Source: Octopus vulgaris
Taxonomy: Eukaryota
Direction of reading: 5' to 3'
DNA length: 64,000 bases
NCBI GenBank assembly: GCA_951406725.2
Contig: OX597817.1
Coordinates: 12,400,001 to 12,464,000, forward strand
A program made the translations under genes and the position numbers. Of the stretch, positions 63,198 through 64,000 are shown in pieces (position 1 is the first letter of the stretch; every line of letters begins with the position of its first letter). The notes under the pieces are model-generated. The model was not told where the DNA came from. It saw only the letters and a program-made list of their open reading frames with translations, and ran no database searches.

Positions 63198-64000
63198 GTA
63201 AATTCTTGCCACTACACTTGGCCTTTTTTTTAAATTTTTTATGATAAATCAATAAAGCTTCTAGGATTTAAAGAAGGAAACAATACATGTATGAAAATTA
63301 AATTTTCAATGCAAATCATCACCATTGTTTTGTTTGCTTTCCGTGCTTGTATGCTTATGGTAGGTCATCATGATCCAAGTCAATTCTTGCATGGGTTACT
63401 GCCTTCTGATGCATGGCCAATGGACCACGTCTCTTTTGCCCATTTTCACTCGACATGGTTTCTATGGCAGGATGCCCTTCCTAACACCAACCATGATGCA
63501 GAGTATACTGAGGGTGTTTTTTTTGTGACACCAGCATAATACCTGTCAAAGACTAGTATTTTATCATATTTCTGGTTCGAATGAAGGCAGTAAGGAGGTT
63601 AGAGTCAGATGTCAACTAGTCTAGAGTTGCTCATCATACTTCACACAGAAAAAAAATGAAAGAAAAAATAAATTAATAGAAATTGCCAATGTTCTGTGGT
63701 AAAAGCCACTGTGTTTATTTGTAGTTATGTTCACTTCACTAAATATATTGAAACTAATTTCATAAAGTATTTCGTATTAACATAATTCATATTAACGCAG
63801 GAGTTGCTGTGTGGTAAGTAGCTTGCTTACCAACCACATGGTTCCGGGTTCAGTCTCACTGCGTGGCATCTTGGGCAAGTGTCTTCTGCTATAGCCCCGG
63901 GCCAACCAATGCCTTGTGAGTGGATTTGGTAGACGGAAACTAAAAGAAGCCCGTTGTATATATGTATGTATATATATATGTGTTTGCGTGTCTGTGTTTG

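Overview
AT-rich, repeat-dense animal genomic DNA, most likely an octopus or other coleoid cephalopod (inferred from the SINE and microsatellite content, not proven). Two spliced genes lie on the + strand. The first is the 3' part of a WDR64-like WD40 gene: 23 exons from 446 to the stop at 51059, all joined phase-consistently at GT-AG sites, with a polyA signal at 51114. The second is the 5' part of a DALRD3-like gene: ATG at 53338, 5 exons to 63197, continuing past the window. Most entries in the ORF track are microsatellite or SINE artefacts. The introns hold at least four SINE families, a decayed full-length DD34D mariner, mariner MITEs, non-autonomous Helitrons, CR1/HERO/R2/R4-like LINE fragments, Penelope-like (GIY-YIG) fragments and several foldback elements. 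Two signals stand out. (a) Palindromic insertions carry minimal hammerhead ribozyme cores, one fused to a tRNA-derived head (candidate Penelope-mobilised SINE or retrozyme). (b) A Deu/Nin-type SINE has two alternative tails; one tail matches the 3' end of an ORF1-only Tx1/L1-like element, and these copies tend to sit at GGTAT sites and form head-less tandem arrays. Family and gene names come from recalled sequence similarity; no database search was run.
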